Below, piece after piece: positions 63,900 to 64,000 of a stretch of DNA of 64,000 nt. Under the pieces are notes generated by a model that was given only the letters and a program-made list of their open reading frames with translations, was not told where the DNA came from and made no database searches. How positions within the stretch are numbered: the stretch's first letter is position 1; each line of letters begins with the position of its first letter. Location of the stretch: contig JBHGNT010000021.1 of NCBI GenBank assembly GCA_043228905.1, positions 9,362,001 to 9,426,000 on the forward strand. Direction: 5' to 3'. This DNA is from Azolla caroliniana (taxonomy: Eukaryota; Plantae; Polypodiophyta). Made by a program: the position numbers and the translations under genes.

Positions 63900-64000
63900 T
63901 CTTGGCTATCCCCTTTGAGGGAGGCTCGATTGCGCTCATGGTTGGGCCTCACCGTAAGGAATTGGACCGAATGTTCCCATCTTGGCTCTTGACCCTCGCA

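Larger units (their letters stand above)
56729..64000 (-). mobile_element. Atypical Ty3/Gypsy element H (3' LTR, IN, RH, RT, end of ORF1); continues beyond the window
   Basis: LTR 56729-59148 (tgtcgcga...tcacgata); reverse PPT tccacccccacc; IN (KIVADRGE, NPEANGKIERGH); RH (TVDTSPIGIGW, ETDCLP); RT (YSNRWFTVPKKN..LRFIQDLQ..FLDDIPIKG). Confidence 0.88.

Overview
Plant nuclear DNA, most likely from a fern or other non-seed vascular plant. This is inferred from the PLS-PPR style, a Tcn1-like chromovirus and RTEX-like LINEs. One host gene is clear: an intronless PLS-class PPR gene (800-3988, +) whose E domain is cut by a premature TAG. It is followed by two hAT-like MITEs and a possible minus-strand transcript. 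From about 10.8 kb onward the window is a nested block of decayed retroelements. Copia A (10823-~34295) contains a LINE and Gypsy B (17777-33954, TSD cgtaa). B contains Tork-like Copia D, and D contains Copia E and chromovirus C plus a local segmental duplication. After that come four more RTEX-like LINE copies from two families, one split by Copia F (TSD agttc), then non-chromovirus Gypsy G, an atypical Gypsy H with a satellite-bearing LTR, and LTR I inside H. Most notable: (1) tRNA-like A/B-box cassettes with 43-44 nt spacing, antisense in the U3 end of three different LTR families; (2) an in-phase -1 frameshift signal in Gypsy H; (3) a LINE family flanked by (CT)n at both ends; (4) heat-shock elements in two LTR families; (5) a Copia family with a duplicated PPT and a conserved Pol tail; (6) several fold-back or templated repair scars. 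All calls come from manual reading; no searches were run.
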